Shown one piece after another: positions 1-15,000 of a stretch of DNA of 63,558 nucleotides. The first letter of the stretch is position 1; each line of letters opens with the position of its first letter. The stretch lies in contig JASTWF010000337.1 in assembly GCA_030390025.1 (NCBI GenBank), positions 124,001-187,558 of the forward strand, read 5' to 3'. The notes under the pieces are model-generated. The model worked only from the letters and a program-made list of their open reading frames with translations. It searched no databases and was not told the origin of the DNA. This DNA comes from Squalus acanthias (taxonomy: Eukaryota). A program made the position numbers and the translations under genes.

Positions 1-3000
1 AGAGAGACAGACTGTGAGTGTGTGTGAGAGAGAGACAGACTGTGAGTGTGAGTAAGAGACAGACTGTGAGTGTGTGTGAGTGAGAGACAGACTGTGAGTG
101 TGTGTGAGAGAGAGACAGACTTTGAGCGTGTGAGAGAGAGACAGACTGTGAGTGTGTGAGAGAGACAAACTGAGTGCGTGTGAGAGAGAGACAGACTGAG
201 TGTGTGTGAGAGAGAGAGACAGACTGAGTGTGTGTGAGAGAGAGACAGACTGAGTTTGTGTGAGAGAGACAGACTGTGAGTGTGTGAGAGAGAGAGACAG
301 ACTGTGAGTGTGTGAGAGAGAGACTGTGAGTGTGTGTGAGAGAGACAGACTGTGAGTGTGTTTGTGAGAGACAGACTGTGAGTGTGTGGGAGAGAAAGAC
401 AGACTGTGATTGTGTGACAGAGACAGACTGTGAGTGTGTGAGAGAGAGAGACAGACTGAGTGTGTGTGAGAGAGACAGACTGTGAGTGTGAGTAAGAGAC
501 AGACTGTGAGTGTGTGAGAGAGAGACAGACTGTGAGTGTGAGTAAGAGACAGACTGTGAGTGTGTGAGAGAGAGACAGACTGTGAGTGTGAGTAAGAGAC
601 AGACTGAGTGTGTGTGAGAGAGAGACAGACTGAGTGTGTGTGAGAGAGAGAGACAGACTGAGTGTGTGTGAGAGAGAGACACACTGAGTTTGTGTGAGAG
701 AGAGAGACAGACTGTGAGTGTGTGTGAGAGAGAGAGACAGACTGTGAGTGTGTGAGAGAGAGAGACAGACTGTGAGTGTGTGTGATAGAGAGACAGACTG
801 TGTGTGTGAGAGAGGCAGACTGTGAGTGTGTGAGAGAGAGACAGACTGTGAGTGTGTGTGATAGAGAGAGACAGACTGAGTGTGTGAGAGAGAGAGACTG
901 AGTGTGTGAGAGAGAGACAGACTGTGAGTTTGTGAGAGAGAGACAGACTGTGAGTGTGTGAGAGAGACATACTGTGAGTGTGTGTGATAGAGAGAGACAG
1001 ACTGAGTGTGTGAGAGAGAGACAGACTGAGTGTGTGTGACAGAGAGACAGATTGTGAGTGTGTGTGAGAGAGACAGACTGTCAGTGTGTGTGAGCGAGGG
1101 ATAGACTGTGAGTGTGAGAGAGAGACAGACTGTGAGTGTGTGAGAGAGACAGACTGTGAGTGTGAGAGAGACAGACTGTGAGTGTGTGAGAGAGAGAGAC
1201 AGACTGTGAGTGTGTGAGAGAGAGAGATAGACTGTGAGTGTGTGTGACAGAGACAGAGACTGTGAGTGTGAGAGAGAGAGAGATAGACTGTGAGTGTGTG
1301 TGACAGAGACAGAGACTGTGAGTGTGAGAGAGACAGACTGTGAGTGTGTGTGAGAGAGACAGAGTGTGAGTGTGAGAGAGAGAGAGACAGACTGTGAGTG
1401 TGTGTGAGAGGCAGACAGATTGTGAGTGTGTGAGAGAGACAGACTTTGAGTGAGTGTGTGAGAGAGACAGACTGTGAGTGTGTGTGAGAGAGAGACAGAC
1501 TGTGAGTGTGTGAGAGAGACAGACTGAGTATGTGAGTGTGTGAGTGAGACAGACTGAGTGTGTGTGAGAGAGAGGCAGACTGAGTGTGTAAGTGAGAGAG
1601 ACAGACTGAGTGTGTGTGAGAGAGACAGACTGAGTGAGTGTGTGTGAGAGATAGACTGAGTGTGAGTGTGTGTGAGAGAGAGACAGACTGAGTGTGTGAG
1701 AGAGGCAGACAGACTGTGAGTGTGTGTGAGAAAGACAGACTGTGAGTGTGTAAGAGAGAGAGACAAACTGTGAGTGTGTATGAGATAGTGACAGAATGAG
1801 TGTGTGTGTGTGAGAGAGATAGTCTGAGTTTGTGTGAGAGAGACAGACTGCGATTATGTGAGTGAGACAGATTGAGTGTGTGTGAGAGAGAGACAGACTG
1901 CGAGTATGAGAGAGAGAGACAGACTGTGAGTGTGTGATGGAGACACAGATTGTGATTGTGAGATAGAGACAGACTGAGTGTGTGAGAGAGAGAGAGACAG
2001 AATTTGAGTGTGTGTGAGAGATAGACAGACTGAGTGTGTAAGAGAGAGAGACAGACTGAGTGTGTGTGAGAGAGACAGACTGAGTGAGTGTGTGTGAGAG
2101 ATAGACTGAGTGTGAGTGTGTGTGAGAGAGAGACAGACTGTGAGTGTGAGTAAGAGACAGACTGTGAGTGTGTGTGAGTGAGAGACAGACTGTGATTGTG
2201 TGTGAGAGAGAGACAGACTGTGAGCATGTGAGAGAGAGACAGTCTGTGAGTGTGTGAGAGAGACAGACTGAGTGCGTGTGAGAGAGAGACAGACTGAGTG
2301 TGTGTGAGAGAGAGACAGACTGAGTATGTGAGAGAGAGAGACAGACTGAGTGTGTGAGAGAGAGAGACAGACTGAGTGTGTGAGAGAGAGAGACAGACTG
2401 AGTGTGTGTGAGAGAGAGAGACAGACTGTGAGTGTGTGTGATAGAGAGACAGACTGAGTGTGTGAGAGAGAGAGACAGACTGTGAGTGTGTGTGAGAGAG
2501 AGACAGACTGTGAGTGTGTGAGAGAGTGAGGCAGACTGTGAGTGTGTGAGAGAGACAGACTGTGAGTGTGTGAGAGAGACAGACTGTGAGTGTGTGAGAG
2601 AGAGAGACAGACTGTGATTGCGTGAGAGAGAGAGACAGACTGTGAGTGTGTGTGAGAGAGAGACAGACTGAGTATGTGTGAGAAAGAGACAGACTGTGAG
2701 TGTGTGAGAGAGACAGACTGTGAGTGTGTGAGAGAGGGAGAGACAGAGTGTGAGTGTGAGTGAGAGAGACAGACTGTGAGTGTGAGGGAGAGTCAGAATG
2801 TGAGTGTGTGAAAGAGACAGACTTTGAGTTTGTGAGTGAGAGAGACAGAGTGTGAGTGTGAGAGAGAGAGAGACAGACTGTGAGTGTGTGTGAGAGGCAG
2901 ACAGATTGTGAGTGTGTGTGTGAGAGAGACAGACTGTGAGTGTGTGAGAGAGAGAGACAGACTGTGAGTGTGTGAGAGAGAGACTGTGAGTGTGTGTGAG

Positions 3001-6000
3001 AGAGACAGACTGTGAGTGTGTTTGTGAGAGAAAGACTGTGAGTGTGTGGGAGAGAAAGACAGACTGTGATTGTGTGACAGAGACAGACTGTGAGTGTGTG
3101 AGAGAGAGAGACAGACTGAGTGTGTGTGAGAGAGACAGACTGTGAGTGTGAGTAAGAGACAGACTGTGAGTGTGTGAGAGAGAGACAGACTGTGAGTGTG
3201 AGTAAGAGACAGACTGTGAGTGTGTGAGAGAGAGACAGACTGTGAGTGTGAGTAAGAGACAGACTGAGTGTGTGTGAGAGAGAGACAGACTGAGTGTGTG
3301 TGAGAGAGAGAGACAGACTGAGTGTGTGTGAGAGAGAGAGACAGACTGAGTGTGTGTGAGAGAGACACACACTGAGTTTGTGTGAGAGAGAGAGACAGAC
3401 TGTGAGTGTGTGTGAGAGAGAGAGACAGACTGTGAGTGTGTGAGAGAGAGAGACAGACTGTGAGTGTGTGTGATAGAGAGACAGACTGTGTGTGTGAGAG
3501 AGGCAGACTGTGAGTGTGTGAGAGAGAGACAGACTGTGAGTGTGTGTGATAGAGAGAGACAGACTGAGTGTGTGAGAGAGAGAGACTGAGTGTGTGAGAG
3601 AGAGACAGACTGTGAGTTTGTGAGAGAGAGACAGACTGTGAGTGTGTGAGAGAGACAGACTGTGAGTGTGTGTGATAGAGAGAGACAGATGAGTGTGTGA
3701 GAGAGAGAGACTGAGTGTGTGAGAGAGAGACAGACTGAGTGTGTGTGACAGAGAGACAGATTGTGAGTGTGTGTGAGAGAGACAGACTGTGTGTGTGAGA
3801 GAGGGATAGACTGTGAGTGTGAGAGCGAGACAGACTGTGAGTGTGTGAGAGAGACAGACTGTGAGTGTGTGAGAGAGACAGACTGTGAGTGTGAGAGAGA
3901 CAGACTGTGAGTGTGTGAGAGAGAGAGACAGACTGTGAGTGTGTGAGAGAGAGAGATAGACTGTGAGTGTGTGTGACAGAGACAGAGACTGTGAGTGTGA
4001 GAGAGACAGACTGTGAGTGTGTGAGAGAGAGAGATAGACTGTGAGTGTGTGTGACAGAGACAGAGACTGTGAGTGTGAGAGAGACAGACTGTGAGTGTGT
4101 GTGAGAGAGACAGACTGTGAGTGTGAGAGAGAGACAGACTGTGAGTGTGTGAGAGAGAGACAGACTGTGAGTGTGTGAGTGAGAGAGACAGAGTGTGAGT
4201 GTGAGAGAGAGAGAGACAGACTGTGAGTGTGTGTGAGAGGCAGACAGATTGTGAGTGTGTGAGAGAGACAGACTTTGAGTGAGTGTGTGAGAGAGACAGA
4301 CTGTGAGTGTGTGTGAGAGAGACAGACTGTGAGTGTGTGTGAGAGAGAGACAGACTGTGAGTGTGTGAGAGAGACAGACTGAGTATGTGAGTGTGTGAGT
4401 GAGACAGACTGAGTGTGTGTGAGAGAGAGGCAGACTGAGTGTGTAAGTGAGAGAGACAGATGTGAGTGTGTGAGAGAGAGCTAGAGTGTGAGTGTGAGAG
4501 AGAGACAGACTGAGTGTGTAAGAGAGAGAGACAGACTGAGTGTGTGTGAGAGAGACAGACTGAGTGAGTGTGTGCGGGAGAGAGACTGAGTGTGTGTGAG
4601 AGAGAGACAGGCTGTGAATTGGTCTGATATAGAGACAGACTGAGTGTGTGTGAGAGAGACAGACTGTGAGTGTGTGTGAGAGAGAGACAGACTGTGAGCG
4701 TGTGAGAGAGACAGACTGTGAGTGTGAGTAAGAGACAGACTGTGAGTGTGTGTGAGTGAGAGACAGACTGTGAGTGTGTGTGAGAGAGAGACAGACTGTG
4801 AGCGTGTGAGAGAGACAGACTGAGTGCGTGTGAGAGAGAGACAGACTGAGTGTGTGTGAGAGAGAGAGACAGTCTGTGAGTGTGAGAGATATAGACAGGC
4901 TGTGAGTGTGTGAGAGAGAGACAGACTGTGAGTGTGTGTGTGAGAGAGAGATAGACTGTGAGTGTGTGAGAGAGACAGATTGTGAGTGTGTGAGAGAGAG
5001 ACAGCCTGTGAGTGTGTGTGACAGAGAGACTGACTGTGAGTGTGTGAGAGAGACAGATTGTGAGTGTGTGAGAGAGAGAGACAGACTGTGAGTGTTTGAG
5101 AGAGACAGACTGTGAGTGTGTGAGAGAGACAGACTGTGAGTGGATGTGAGAGTGACAGATTGTGAGTGTGTGAGCGAGACAGACTGAGTGATTGTGTGCG
5201 GGAGAGAGACTGAGTGTGTGTGAGAGAGAGACAGACTGTGAATGTGTCTGAGATAGAGACAGACTGAGTGTGTGTGAGAGAGACAGACTGTGAGTGTGTG
5301 TGAGAGAGAGACAGACTGTGAGTGTGAGTAAGAGACAGACTGTGAGTGTGTGTGAGTGAGAGACAGACTGTGAGTGTGTGTGAGAGAGAGACAGACTTTG
5401 AGCGTGTGAGAGAGAGACAGACTGTGAGTGTGTGAGAGAGACAAACTGAGTGCGTGTGAGAGAGAGACAGACTGAGTGTGTGTGAGAGAGAGAGACAGAC
5501 TGAGTGTGTGTGAGAGAGAGACAGACTGAGTTTGTGTGAGAGAGACAGACTGTGAGTGTGTGAGAGAGAGAGACAGACTGTGATGTGTGAGAGAGAGACT
5601 GTGAGTGTGTGTGAGAGAGAGACAGACTGTGAGTGTGTTTGTGAGAGACAGACTGTGAGTGTGTGGGAGAGAAAGACAGACTGTGATTGTGTGACAGAGA
5701 CAGACTGTGAGTGTGTGAGAGAGAGAGACAGACTGAGTGTGTGTGAGAGGGACAGACTGTGAGTGTGAGTAAGAGACAGACTGTGAGTGTGTGAGAGAGA
5801 GACAGACTGTGAGTGTGAGTAAGAGACAGACTGTGAGTGTGTGAGAGAGAGACAGACTGTGAGTGTGAGTAAGAGACAGACTGAGTGTGTGTGAGAGAGA
5901 GACAGACTGAGTGTGTGTGAGAGAGAGAGACAGACTGAGTGTGTGTGAGAGAGAGACACACTGAGTGTGTATGAGAGAGAGAGACAGACTGTGAGTGTGT

Positions 6001-9000
6001 GAGAGAGACAGACTGTGAGTGTGTTTGAGAGAGAGACAGACTGTGAGTGTGAGTGAGAGAGACAGACTGTGAGTGTGAGAGAGACAGATTGTGAGTGTGT
6101 GAGAGAGAGAAACAGACTGTGAGTGTGTGTGAGAGAGACTGAGACTGTGAGTGTGAGAGAGACAGACTGTGAGTGGATGTGAGAGTGACAGATTGTGAGT
6201 GTGTGAGAGAGACAGACTGAGTGATTGTGTGCGGGAGAGAGACTGAGTGTTTGTGAGAGAGAGACAGACTGTGAATGTGTCTGAGATAGAGACAGACTGA
6301 GTGTGTGTGAGAGAGACAGACTGTGAGTGTGTGTGAGAGAGAGACAGACTGTGAGTGTGAGTAAGAGACAGACTGTGAGTGTGTGTGAGTGAGAGACAGA
6401 CTGTGAGTGTGTGTGAGAGAGAGACAGACTTTGAGCGTGTGAGAGAGAGACAGACTGTGAGTGTGTGAGAGAGACAAACTGAGTGCGTGTGAGAGAGAGA
6501 CAGACTGAGTGTGTGTGAGAGAGAGAGACAGACTGAGTGTGTGTGAGAGAGAGACAGACTGAGTTTGTGTGAGAGAGACAGACTGTGAGTGTGTGAGAGA
6601 GAGAGACAGACTGTGAGTGTGTGAGAGAGAGACTGTGAGTGTGTGTGAGAGAGACAGACTGTGAGTGTGTTTGTGAGAGACAGACTGTGAGTGTGTGGGA
6701 GAGAAAGACAGACTGTGATTGTGTGACAGAGACAGACTGTGAGTGTGTGAGAGAGAGAGACAGACTGAGTGTGTGTGAGAGAGACAGACTGTGAGTGTGA
6801 GTAAGAGACAGACTGTGAGTGTGTGAGAGAGAGACAGACTGTGAGTGTGAGTAAGAGACAGACTGTGAGTGTGTGAGAGAGAGACAGACTGTGAGTGTGA
6901 GTAAGAGACAGACTGAGTGTGTGTGAGAGAGAGACAGACTGAGTGTGTGTGAGAGAGAGAGACAGACTGAGTGTGTGTGAGAGAGAGACACACTGAGTTT
7001 GTGTGAGAGAGAGAGACAGACTGTGAGTGTGTGTGAGAGAGAGAGACAGACTGTGAGTGTGTGAGAGAGAGAGACAGACTGTGAGTGTGTGTGATAGAGA
7101 GACAGACTGTGTGTGTGAGAGAGGCAGACTGTGAGTGTGTGAGAGAGAGACAGACTGTGAGTGTGTGTGATAGAGAGAGACAGACTGAGTGTGTGAGAGA
7201 GAGAGACTGAGTGTGTGAGAGAGAGACAGACTGTGAGTTTGTGAGAGAGAGACAGACTGTGAGTGTGTGAGAGAGACATACTGTGAGTGTGTGTGATAGA
7301 GAGAGACAGACTGAGTGTGTGAGAGAGAGACAGACTGAGTGTGTGTGACAGAGAGACAGATTGTGAGTGTGTGTGAGAGAGACAGACTGTCAGTGTGTGT
7401 GAGCGAGGGATAGACTGTGAGTGTGAGAGAGAGACAGACTGTGAGTGTGTGAGAGAGACAGACTGTGAGTGTGAGAGAGACAGACTGTGAGTGTGTGAGA
7501 GAGAGAGACAGACTGTGAGTGTGTGAGAGAGAGAGATAGACTGTGAGTGTGTGTGACAGAGACAGAGACTGTGAGTGTGAGAGAGAGAGAGATAGACTGT
7601 GAGTGTGTGTGACAGAGACAGAGACTGTGAGTGTGAGAGAGACAGACTGTGAGTGTGTGTGAGAGAGACAGAGTGTGAGTGTGAGAGAGAGAGAGACAGA
7701 CTGTGAGTGTGTGTGAGAGGCAGACAGATTGTGAGTGTGTGAGAGAGACAGACTTTGAGTGAGTGTGTGAGAGAGACAGACTGTGAGTGTGTGTGAGAGA
7801 GAGACAGACTGTGAGTGTGTGAGAGAGACAGACTGAGTATGTGAGTGTGTGAGTGAGACAGACTGAGTGTGTGTGAGAGAGAGGCAGACTGAGTGTGTAA
7901 GTGAGAGAGACAGACTGAGTGTGTGTGAGAGAGACAGACTGAGTGAGTGTGTGTGAGAGATAGACTGAGTGTGAGTGTGTGTGAGAGAGAGACAGACTGA
8001 GTGTGTGAGAGAGGCAGACAGACTGTGAGTGTGTGTGAGAAAGACAGACTGTGAGTGTGTAAGAGAGAGAGACAAACTGTGAGTGTGTATGAGATAGTGA
8101 CAGAATGAGTGTGTGTGTGTGAGAGAGATAGTCTGAGTTTGTGTGAGAGAGACAGACTGCGATTATGTGAGTGAGACAGATTGAGTGTGTGTGAGAGAGA
8201 GACAGACTGCGAGTATGAGAGAGAGAGACAGACTGTGAGTGTGTGATGGAGACACAGATTGTGATTGTGAGATAGAGACAGACTGAGTGTGTGAGAGAGA
8301 GAGAGACAGAATTTGAGTGTGTGTGAGAGATAGACAGACTGAGTGTGTAAGAGAGAGAGACAGACTGAGTGTGTGTGAGAGAGACAGACTGAGTGAGTGT
8401 GTGTGAGAGATAGACTGAGTGTGAGTGTGTGTGAGAGAGAGACAGACTGTGAGTGTGAGTAAGAGACAGACTGTGAGTGTGTGTGAGTGAGAGACAGACT
8501 GTGATTGTGTGTGAGAGAGAGACAGACTGTGAGCATGTGAGAGAGAGACAGTCTGTGAGTGTGTGAGAGAGACAGACTGAGTGCGTGTGAGAGAGAGACA
8601 GACTGAGTGTGTGTGAGAGAGAGACAGACTGAGTATGTGAGAGAGAGAGACAGACTGAGTGTGTGAGAGAGAGAGACAGACTGAGTGTGTGAGAGAGAGA
8701 GACAGACTGAGTGTGTGTGAGAGAGAGAGACAGACTGTGAGTGTGTGTGATAGAGAGACAGACTGAGTGTGTGAGAGAGAGAGACAGACTGTGAGTGTGT
8801 GTGAGAGAGAGACAGACTGTGAGTGTGTGAGAGAGTGAGGCAGACTGTGAGTGTGTGAGAGAGACAGACTGTGAGTGTGTGAGAGAGACAGACTGTGAGT
8901 GTGTGAGAGAGAGAGACAGACTGTGATTGCGTGAGAGAGAGAGACAGACTGTGAGTGTGTGTGAGAGAGAGACAGACTGAGTATGTGTGAGAAAGAGACA

Positions 9001-12000
9001 GACTGTGAGTGTGTGAGAGAGACAGACTGTGAGTGTGTGAGAGAGGGAGAGACAGAGTGTGAGTGTGAGTGAGAGAGACAGACTGTGAGTGTGAGGGAGA
9101 GTCAGAATGTGAGTGTGTGAAAGAGACAGACTTTGAGTTTGTGAGTGAGAGAGACAGAGTGTGAGTGTGAGAGAGAGAGAGACAGACTGTGAGTGTGTGT
9201 GAGAGGCAGACAGATTGTGAGTGTGTGTGTGAGAGAGACAGACTGTGAGTGTGTGAGAGAGAGAGACAGACTGTGAGTGTGTGAGAGAGAGACTGTGAGT
9301 GTGTGTGAGAGAGACAGACTGTGAGTGTGTTTGTGAGAGAAAGACTGTGAGTGTGTGGGAGAGAAAGACAGACTGTGATTGTGTGACAGAGACAGACTGT
9401 GAGTGTGTGAGAGAGAGAGACAGACTGAGTGTGTGTGAGAGAGACAGACTGTGAGTGTGAGTAAGAGACAGACTGTGAGTGTGTGAGAGAGAGACAGACT
9501 GTGAGTGTGAGTAAGAGACAGACTGTGAGTGTGTGAGAGAGAGACAGACTGTGAGTGTGAGTAAGAGACAGACTGAGTGTGTGTGAGAGAGAGACAGACT
9601 GAGTGTGTGTGAGAGAGAGAGACAGACTGAGTGTGTGTGAGAGAGAGAGACAGACTGAGTGTGTGTGAGAGAGACACACACTGAGTTTGTGTGAGAGAGA
9701 GAGACAGACTGTGAGTGTGTGTGAGAGAGAGAGACAGACTGTGAGTGTGTGAGAGAGAGAGACAGACTGTGAGTGTGTGTGATAGAGAGACAGACTGTGT
9801 GTGTGAGAGAGGCAGACTGTGAGTGTGTGAGAGAGAGACAGACTGTGAGTGTGTGTGATAGAGAGAGACAGACTGAGTGTGTGAGAGAGAGAGACTGAGT
9901 GTGTGAGAGAGAGACAGACTGTGAGTTTGTGAGAGAGAGACAGACTGTGAGTGTGTGAGAGAGACAGACTGTGAGTGTGTGTGATAGAGAGAGACAGATG
10001 AGTGTGTGAGAGAGAGAGACTGAGTGTGTGAGAGAGAGACAGACTGAGTGTGTGTGACAGAGAGACAGATTGTGAGTGTGTGTGAGAGAGACAGACTGTG
10101 TGTGTGAGAGAGGGATAGACTGTGAGTGTGAGAGCGAGACAGACTGTGAGTGTGTGAGAGAGACAGACTGTGAGTGTGTGAGAGAGACAGACTGTGAGTG
10201 TGAGAGAGACAGACTGTGAGTGTGTGAGAGAGAGAGACAGACTGTGAGTGTGTGAGAGAGAGAGATAGACTGTGAGTGTGTGTGACAGAGACAGAGACTG
10301 TGAGTGTGAGAGAGACAGACTGTGAGTGTGTGAGAGAGAGAGATAGACTGTGAGTGTGTGTGACAGAGACAGAGACTGTGAGTGTGAGAGAGACAGACTG
10401 TGAGTGTGTGTGAGAGAGACAGACTGTGAGTGTGAGAGAGAGACAGACTGTGAGTGTGTGAGAGAGAGACAGACTGTGAGTGTGTGAGTGAGAGAGACAG
10501 AGTGTGAGTGTGAGAGAGAGAGAGACAGACTGTGAGTGTGTGTGAGAGGCAGACAGATTGTGAGTGTGTGAGAGAGACAGACTTTGAGTGAGTGTGTGAG
10601 AGAGACAGACTGTGAGTGTGTGTGAGAGAGACAGACTGTGAGTGTGTGTGAGAGAGAGACAGACTGTGAGTGTGTGAGAGAGACAGACTGAGTATGTGAG
10701 TGTGTGAGTGAGACAGACTGAGTGTGTGTGAGAGAGAGGCAGACTGAGTGTGTAAGTGAGAGAGACAGATGTGAGTGTGTGAGAGAGAGCTAGAGTGTGA
10801 GTGTGAGAGAGAGAGACAGACTGTGAGTGCGTGTGTGAGAGAGACAGACTGAGTGTGTGAGAGAGGCAGACAGACTGTGAGTGTGTGTGAGAAAGACAGA
10901 CTGTGAGTGTGTAAGAGAGAGAGACAAACTGTGCGTGTGTATGAGATAGTGACAGAATGAGTGTGTGTGTGTGAGAGAGATAGTCTGAGTTTGTGTGAGA
11001 GAGACAGACTGCGATTATGTGAGTGAGACAGATTGAGTGTGTGTGAGAGAGAGACAGACTGCGAGTATGAGAGAGAGAGACAGACTGTGAGTGTGTGATG
11101 GAGACACAGATTGTGATTGTGAGATAGAGACAGACTGAGTGTGTGAGAGAGAGAGACAGAATTTGAGTGTGTGTGAGAGATAGACAGACTGAGTGTGTAA
11201 GAGAGAGAGACTACTGAGTGTGTGTGAGAGAGACAGACTGAGTGAGTGTGTGTGAGAGATAGACTGAGTGTGAGTGTGTGTGAGAGAGAGACAGACTGTG
11301 AGTGTGAGTAAGAGACAGACTGTGAGTGTGTGTGAGTGAGAGACAGACTGTGATTGTGTGTGAGAGAGAGACAGACTGTGAGCATGTGAGAGAGAGACAG
11401 TCTGTGAGTGTGTGAGAGAGACAGACTGAGTGCGTGTGAGAGAGAGACAGACTGAGTGTGTGTGAGAGAGAGAGACAGACTGAGTGTGTGAGAGAGAGAG
11501 ACAGACTGAGTGTGTGTGAGAGAGAGAGACAGACTGTGAGTGTGTGTGATAGAGAGACAGACTGAGTGTGTGAGAGAGAGAGACAGACTGTGAGTGTGTG
11601 TGAGAGAGAGACAGACTGTGAGTGTGTGAGAGAGTGAGGCAGACTGTGAGTGTGTGAGAGAGACAGACTGTGAGTGTGTGAGAGAGACAGACTGTGAGTG
11701 TGTGAGAGAGAGAGACAGACTGTGATTGTGTGAGAGAGAGAGACAGACTGTGAGTGTGTGTGAGAGAGAGACAGACTGAGTATGTGTGAGAAAGAGACAG
11801 ACTGTGAGTGTGTGAGAGAGACAGACTGTGAGTGTGTGAGAGAGAGAGAGAGACAGAGTGTGAGTGTGAGTGAGAGAGACAGACTGTGAGTGTGAGGGAG
11901 AGTCAGAATGTGAGTGTGTGAAAGAGACAGACTTTGAGTTTGTGAGTGAGAGAGACAGAGTGTGAGTGTGAGAGAGAGAGACAGACTGTGAGTGTGTGTG

Positions 12001-15000
12001 AGAGGCAGACAGATTGTGAGTGTGTGTGTGAGAGAGACAGACTGTGTGTGTGTGAGAGAGACAGACTGTGAGTGTGTGTGTGAGAGAGACAGACTGTGTG
12101 TGTGTGAGAGAGACAGACTGTGAGTGAGTGTGAGAGAGACAGACTGAGAGTGTGAGAGAGAGAGAGACAGACTGAGTTTATGTGAGAGAGACAGACTGTG
12201 AGCGAGTGTGAGAGAGACAGACTGTGTGTGAGAGAGAGAGACAGATTGTGTGTGTGTGAGAGAGACAGACTGTGAGCATGTGTGTGAGAGAGACAGACTG
12301 AGTGTGTGTGAGAGAGACTGTGAGTGTGAGAGAGAAATAGACTGTGAGTGTGTGAGAGAGAGACAGACTGTGAGTGTGAGAGAGAAATAGACTGTGAGTG
12401 TGTGAGAGAGAGACAGGCTGTGAGTGTGAGAGAGAGAGAGACAGACTGTGAGTGTGAGAGAGAAATAGACTGTGAGTGTGTGAGAGAGAGACAGGCTGTG
12501 AGTGTGAGAGAGAAATAGACTGTGAGTGTGTGAGAGAGAGACAGGCTGTGAGTGTGAGAGAGAAATAGACTGTGAGTGTGTGAGAGAGAGACAGGCTGTG
12601 AGTGTGAGAGAGAGAGAGACAGACTGTGAGTGTGAGAGAGAAATAGACTGTGAGTGTGTGAGAGAGAGACAGGCTGTGAGTGTGAGAGAGAGAGGTGCTG
12701 TGAGTGTGAGACAGACTGTGAGTGTGTGATGGAGACACAGATTGTGATTGTGAGATAGAGACAGACTGAGTGTGTGAGAGAGAGAGACAGAATTTGAGTG
12801 TGTGTGAGAGATAGACAGACTGAGTGTGTAAGAGAGAGAGACAGACTGAGTGTGTGTGAGAGAGACAGACTGAGTGAGTGTGTGTGAGAGATAGACTGAG
12901 TGTGAGTGTGTGTGAGAGAGAGACAGACTGTGAGTGTGAGTAAGAGACAGACTGTGAGTGTGTGTGAGTGAGAGACAGACTGTGATTGTGTGTGAGAGAG
13001 AGACAGACTGTGAGCATGTGAGAGAGAGACAGTCTGTGAGTGTGTGAGAGAGACAGACTGTGAGTGTGAGAGAGAGACAGACTGAGTGTGTGTGAGAGAG
13101 AGAGACAGACTGAGTGTGTGCGAGAGAGAGACAGACTGAGTGTGTGTGAGAGAGAGAGACAGACTGTGAGTGTGTGTGATAGAGAGACAGACTGAGTGTG
13201 TGAGAGAGAGAGACAGACTGTGATTGTGTGAGAGAGAGAGACAGACTGTGAGTGTGTGTGAGAGAGAGACAGACTGAGTATGTGTGAGAAAGAGACAGAC
13301 TGTGAGTGTGTGAGAGAGACAGACTGTGAGTGTGTGAGAGAGAGAGAGACAGAGTGTGAGTGTGTGTGTGAGAGAGACAGACTGTGTGTGTGAGAGAGAC
13401 AGACTGTGAGTGTGTGTGTGAGAGAGACAGACTGTGTGTGTGTGAGAGAGACAGACTGTGAGTGTGTGTGAGAGAGACAGACTGAGAGTGTGAGAGAGAG
13501 AGAGACAGACTGAGTTTATGTGAGAGAGACAGACTGTGAGCGAGTGTGAGAGAGAGACAGACTGTGTGTGAGAGAGAGAGACAGACTGTGTGTGTGTGTG
13601 AGAGAGACAGACTGTGAGCATGTGTGTGAGAGAGACAGACTGAGTGTGTGTGAGAGAGACTGTGAGTGTGAGAGAGAAATAGACTGTGAGTGTGTGAGAG
13701 AGAGACAGACTGTGAGTGAGAGAGAGAAATAGACTGTGAGTGTGTGAGAGAGAGACAGGCTGTGAGTGTGTGAGAGAGAAATAGACTGTGAGTGTGTGAG
13801 AGAGAGACAGGCTGTGAGTGAGAGACAGACTGTGAGTGTGAGAGAGAAATAGACTGTGAGTGTGTGAGAGAGAGACAGGCTGTGAGTGTGAGAGAGAAAT
13901 AGACTGTGAGTGTGTGAGAGAGAGACAGGCTGTGAGTGTGAGAGAGAGAGAGACAGACTGTGAGTGTGAGAGAGAAATAGACTGTGAGTGTGTGAGAGAG
14001 AGACAGGCTGTGAGTGTGAGAGAGAGAGGTGCTGTGAGTGTGAGACAGACTGTGAGTGTGTGATGGAGACACAGATTGTGATTGTGAGATAGAGACAGAC
14101 TGAGTGTGTGAGAGAGAGAGACAGAATTTGAGTGTGTGTGAGAGATAGACAGACTGAGTGTGTAAGAGAGAGAGACAGACTGAGTGTGTGTGAGAGAGAC
14201 AGACTGAGTGAGTGTGTGTGAGAGATAGACTGAGTGTGAGTGTGTGTGAGAGAGAGACAGACTGTGAGTGTGAGTAAGAGACAGACTGTGAGTGTGTGTG
14301 AGTGAGAGACAGACTGTGATTGTGTGTGAGAGAGAGACAGACTGTGAGCATGTGAGAGAGAGACAGTCTGTGAGTGTGTGAGAGAGACAGACTGTGAGTG
14401 TGAGAGAGAGACAGACTGAGTGTGTGTGAGAGAGAGAGACAGACTGAGTGTGTGCGAGAGAGAGACAGACTGAGTGTGTGTGAGAGAGAGAGACAGACTG
14501 TGAGTGTGTGTGATAGAGAGACAGACTGAGTGTGTGAGAGAGAGAGACAGACTGTGATTGTGTGAGAGAGAGAGACAGACTGTGAGTGTGTGTGAGAGAG
14601 AGACAGACTGAGTATGTGTGAGAAAGAGACAGACTGTGAGTGTGTGAGAGAGACAGACTGTGAGTGTGTGAGAGAGAGAGAGACAGAGTGTGAGTGTGTG
14701 TGTGAGAGAGACAGACTGTGTGTGTGAGAGAGACAGACTGTGAGTGTGTGTGTGAGAGAGACAGACTGTGTGTGTGTGAGAGAGACAGACTGTGAGTGTG
14801 TGTGAGAGAGACAGACTGAGTGTGTGAGAGAGAGAGACAGAATTTGAGTGTGTGTGAGAGATAGACAGACTGAGTGTGTAAGAGAGAGAGACAGACTGAG
14901 TGTGTGTGAGAGAGACAGACTGAGTGAGTGTGTGTGAGAGATAGACTGAGTGTGAGTGTGTGTGAGAGAGAGACAGACTGTGAGTGTGAGTAAGAGACAG

